Assembly (NCBI GenBank): GCA_965228735.1
Contig: OZ245838.1
Span: forward strand, 6,560,001-6,624,000
Origin: Planctomycetota bacterium
Lineage (GTDB): Bacteria; Planctomycetota; UBA1135; UBA2386
Direction of reading: 5' to 3'
DNA: 64,000 nucleotides
Each line of letters starts with the position of its first letter. The first letter of the stretch is position 1. A program made the position numbers and the translations under genes. Below, piece by piece: positions 60,997-64,000 of this stretch. The notes under the pieces were generated by a model, which saw only the letters and a list, made by a program, of their open reading frames with translations, ran no database searches and was not told where the DNA came from.

Positions 60997-61893
60997 CTAT
61001 CGCGGCACGCCGAACGGCAGCGCATCGAGCGCCGAACCGGGCAATCGGTGGATCGTGTACGCGAGCCCGGGCCGCACCTGGGTCGCCGTCGAGATCGGGA
61101 TGCCGAGGAAGCGGGTCGTCGTCGTGCTGCCGACCTCGGTCGGGACGTAGCCGCGGAAGACGCCGATGACCTCGAGGCGTTCGGTCTTCGCGTTCCAGAG
61201 CATCGCGGGGCCGCCGGACATGCCGCCGAGCTCGAAGTGGCCGCCCGCGGCGAACCAGTGGCGGGCGCCCGGGTCGGTGTCGCGGATCGTGGCCGGGATC
61301 GACGGTGCCCGCGCGGTGTGGTCGACGCGTTGGTCTTCGAAGAACCCGGCCGCGTAGCCGACGAGGAGGACTTCGTTGCCGACCTCGGGCCGCCAGTTCG
61401 CGGCGCGCGCCGGGGCGTGGATGGGGGCGATCGCCGTCCAGCGCGGCGCTGCCGCGCGCAGGATCACCCAGTCGCCGTGCGGGGTCTCGGGGTCGCCGGA
61501 TGCGACGACCGTGACCGCGACCTCCTCGCCGGCAACTCGCAGCGGGACCGTCTGCTCGACGTCGGTCGGCGTCGTGCGCGTCATGTGGGCCGCGGTGAGC
61601 AGGTGATCCGGCGCGATGATCGTCGCCGTGCCCTGGGTTCGCGCCCGCAGGTTGACGATCGCGACGACGGGCGCGAGATCGGTGTCATTCACGTGCTCCG
61701 GCGTCCGGTCGGCGAACCGGGTCGCGAGCGGCGGATACGCGCCCGCCGCGCTGCCGGGGCCGGTCGCACACGCCGTTGGCAGCGTCAGGGCCATGGCAAC
61801 GGCCAGGGCGGCGGCCAGGGCAGGGGTCAGAGCAGGGGTCAGAGCGACGGCTACGGAACCGGACCGACCAGCGCGACGGACGAACGGGAACAT
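60997..61893 (-). CDS. Trypsin-like serine protease, probable lipoprotein (start uncertain)
   Basis: LLTAAH, GDWVIL, GGMSGGP triad motifs; hydrophobic leader ending LPTAC. Confidence 0.75.
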   Translation of the reverse strand: MFPFVRRAGRSGSVAVALTPALTPALAAALAVAMALTLPTACATGPGSAAGAYPPLATRFADRTPEHVNDTDLAPVVAIVNLRARTQGTATIIAPDHLLTAAHMTRTTPTDVEQTVPLRVAGEEVAVTVVASGDPETPHGDWVILRAAAPRWTAIAPIHAPARAANWRPEVGNEVLLVGYAAGFFEDQRVDHTARAPSIPATIRDTDPGARHWFAAGGHFELGGMSGGPAMLWNAKTERLEVIGVFRGYVPTEVGSTTTTRFLGIPISTATQVRPGLAYTIHRLPGSALDALPFGVPR

Positions 61894-61957
61894 CGGGGTG
61901 GTGTCAGATTCTCGTCTCTGAGTTTGGTCTCGCGCGATCATGTACCATCATGCCGCG

Positions 61958-63193
61958 ATGAGCGCGCCCGGTGAGGAGCCAGATTTCGATGTCGTCGTGA
62001 TCGGCGGCGGGCCCGCGGGTGCCGCCGCCGCCGCACTCGTCGCCGCGCAAGGGCACAAGACCGCGCTGTTCGAACGCCAGTCGTTCCCGCGCTTCCACGT
62101 CGGCGAATCGCTCGTGCCGGCCGTGAACCAGACGCTCGATCGACTCGGCCTCCGGGGTCGGATGGACGAACTCGGCTTCGTGCAGAAGCATGGCGTGCAG
62201 TTCTACACGCCGAACGGGCCGAGCCGACCGTTCTACTTCAGCGAGGTCGACGATCCGGCGCTGCACAACACGTGGCAGGTCCACCGCAGCAAGTTCGACG
62301 CGATGCTGCTCGAGCACGCGCAGAACCGCGGCGTGCACGTCGAGACCGACACCCCGGTCGTGCATGCGCTGCGCGACGGGCCCGCTGTGACCGGCGTTCG
62401 CGTGCGGCATCTCGACGAGAGCGAGCAGAACGTGCGCGCTCGCATCGTGCTCGATGCGTCGGGGCAGAAGGGCATCGTCGCGTCCGACCTGACGCAGCAT
62501 CAGGGCGTGCCGGGGCTCGAGAACACGGCCGTCTACGCCCACTACCGCGACGTGCCGCTCGATCCGGGCAAGGACGCCGGGTCGACGCTGATCTATCGCC
62601 TCGACGCGCGATCGTGGATCTGGTTCATCCCGCTCGAAGGCGTCGTGAGCATCGGCCTCGTGACGTCGGCGCGCGAGATCCTGCGCTTCGGCCAGGACCG
62701 CAACGCGATCCTCGACACCGCGATCGCGCAGTCGGAGCACCTGAGCGAACGGCTGCAGTCCGCCACGCGCGCCGGTGAGGTCCGGGTTGCGCGCGACTTC
62801 AGCTACCGCGCCCAGCGCGACGGGGGGCCGGGTTGGGCCCTCGTCGGCGACGCGCTCGGCTTCATCGATCCGGTCTATTCGACCGGGCTGCTGCTCGCGA
62901 TGAAGGCGGCGGAGACCGCCGCGCTCGAAGTGACGTGTCGGCTCGCGAGCGACGCCGCGCACCCGGACATGCAGGGCTTCTCGGCGCCGTGGCAGCAGTC
63001 GTTCGACCGCTTCCTGCCGCTGGTCCGCGCGTTCTACACGGAGGACTTCCGCTTCGGCGAGGTCAGCAAGGAGCCCGCGCACCGCAAGGGCCTCGTCGAT
63101 CTGCTCACCGGGCTGACGGACACGCAGGAGGCCATCGACGTCACCGAATTGATACGCCGGCTGCTCGGTGACGAGGTGACGGCGGACTCGTAG
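61958..63193 (+). CDS. FAD-dependent halogenase-like oxidoreductase
   Basis: GGGPAG, FPRFHVGESL, GFVQKHG, WIWFIP (WxWxIP), LVGDALGFIDPVYSTG. Confidence 0.85.
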   Translation: MSAPGEEPDFDVVVIGGGPAGAAAAALVAAQGHKTALFERQSFPRFHVGESLVPAVNQTLDRLGLRGRMDELGFVQKHGVQFYTPNGPSRPFYFSEVDDPALHNTWQVHRSKFDAMLLEHAQNRGVHVETDTPVVHALRDGPAVTGVRVRHLDESEQNVRARIVLDASGQKGIVASDLTQHQGVPGLENTAVYAHYRDVPLDPGKDAGSTLIYRLDARSWIWFIPLEGVVSIGLVTSAREILRFGQDRNAILDTAIAQSEHLSERLQSATRAGEVRVARDFSYRAQRDGGPGWALVGDALGFIDPVYSTGLLLAMKAAETAALEVTCRLASDAAHPDMQGFSAPWQQSFDRFLPLVRAFYTEDFRFGEVSKEPAHRKGLVDLLTGLTDTQEAIDVTELIRRLLGDEVTADS

Positions 63194-63223
63194 AGTGTGG
63201 TCTCCCCTTCCCGGAGACCAACG

Positions 63224-64000
63224 TTGCGCCATCCCACGTCGACTCTCGTTCGTTCGTTCGCTTTCCTGACGCTGATCGGCAGCGTTGTTGCCGGCCTCCT
63301 GCCCGCGCAGGATTGGCCGCATTGGCGCGGTCCCGAGTACGACGGTTCGACGACCGTGACCGGACTGCCCACGACGTTCTCCAGGACCGAGAACGTGAAG
63401 TGGCAGACGGCGATGCCCGGCCCGGGTGCGAGCACGCCGATCGTCGTCGGCGATCGCATCTACCTCACGTCGGTCGACAGCGAGCGCGAGCGGCTCGTCG
63501 CCATGTGCCTCGATCGCAAGAGCGGCGAGGTCGTCTGGCAGCACGATGCGGGCAGCGGCTACAAGGAGCGCGAGGGCGCCACGCGAATCGCTCGCGGCAG
63601 CCGCACGCGGGCGACGTTCGCGTGCCCGTCGGCCGTGACCGACGGCGAGCACGTCGTGTTCTTCTTCGGCAACGGCGATCTCGTCGCCTACCACTGTCAG
63701 GGCGAGAACGACGGCGCCGAGGCCTGGCGCCGCAACGTGCAGGCGGACTACGGCAACTTCGCGTTCAACTGGACGTTTTCCGCGAGCCCGACGTACCACG
63801 ATGGCCTCGTCTATCTGCCCGTTCTGCAGCGCGACGAGCCGATCCAGCGGCGGCGCCGCGGGGGGCGCGGTCGGCGCGGGCCGCAGGACGGGGGCGCGGA
63901 CGGCGAGCAGCCGGCGGAGGCGAAGCCGCCGGCGATCGACTCGTTCCTGCTCGCGATGGACCCAGCGACCGGCAAGACGGTGTTCAAGCACGTGCGGCCG
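63224..64000 (+). CDS. Exported PQQ/BamB-like beta-propeller, 3'-truncated by window edge (absent from ORF track)
   Basis: GGAGA RBS then TTG; manual translation MRHPTSTLVRSFAFLTLIGSVVAGLLPAQDWPHWRGP...ENVKWQTAMPGPGASTPIVVGDRIYL; open to window end. Confidence 0.85.
   Translation, partial: MRHPTSTLVRSFAFLTLIGSVVAGLLPAQDWPHWRGPEYDGSTTVTGLPTTFSRTENVKWQTAMPGPGASTPIVVGDRIYLTSVDSERERLVAMCLDRKSGEVVWQHDAGSGYKEREGATRIARGSRTRATFACPSAVTDGEHVVFFFGNGDLVAYHCQGENDGAEAWRRNVQADYGNFAFNWTFSASPTYHDGLVYLPVLQRDEPIQRRRRGGRGRRGPQDGGADGEQPAEAKPPAIDSFLLAMDPATGKTVFKHVRP

Noticed and set aside
61800..61846. 12-bp repeats (ALTP-ALTP) in the protease leader
   Set aside because: Simple low-complexity duplication within a signal peptide
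61904..63991. 695-aa minus-strand ORF
   Set aside because: Shadow of the halogenase-like gene and the truncated propeller on the plus strand

Overview
High-GC bacterial window, most consistent with a Planctomycetota genome (inferred from gene order, gene content and the beta-propeller expansion). 1-15.9 kb: 3' end of a divergent EF-G gene, then the S10-spc-alpha ribosomal protein superoperon, which lacks rplC (L3), rpmD (L30) and map at their usual positions. 16-32.7 kb: TlpA redoxin, secreted hypotheticals, an ECF sigma/anti-sigma/mini-secretin operon, dnaE, an ArgF'-type carbamoyltransferase, tadA, an OprB-like porin, two tRNA-Ser genes, SRP RNA, a prolyl oligopeptidase and dnaX. 32.8-64 kb is the best candidate for an undescribed system: a mostly minus-strand, tightly coupled cluster of ten signal-peptide-bearing PQQ/BamB-like beta-propeller genes. 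These are interleaved with a HemN-like radical SAM enzyme, a hotdog thioesterase, an EhpF-like adenylating enzyme, a LuxC/EhpG-like reductase, an Fe-ADH, a GT4 glycosyltransferase, a flavin-dependent halogenase-like enzyme, an SSS importer and a MacB/LolCDE-like ABC system. Three palindromic/MITE-like elements and a 14-bp minisatellite lie in intergenic regions. All calls come from manual motif reading; no searches were run.
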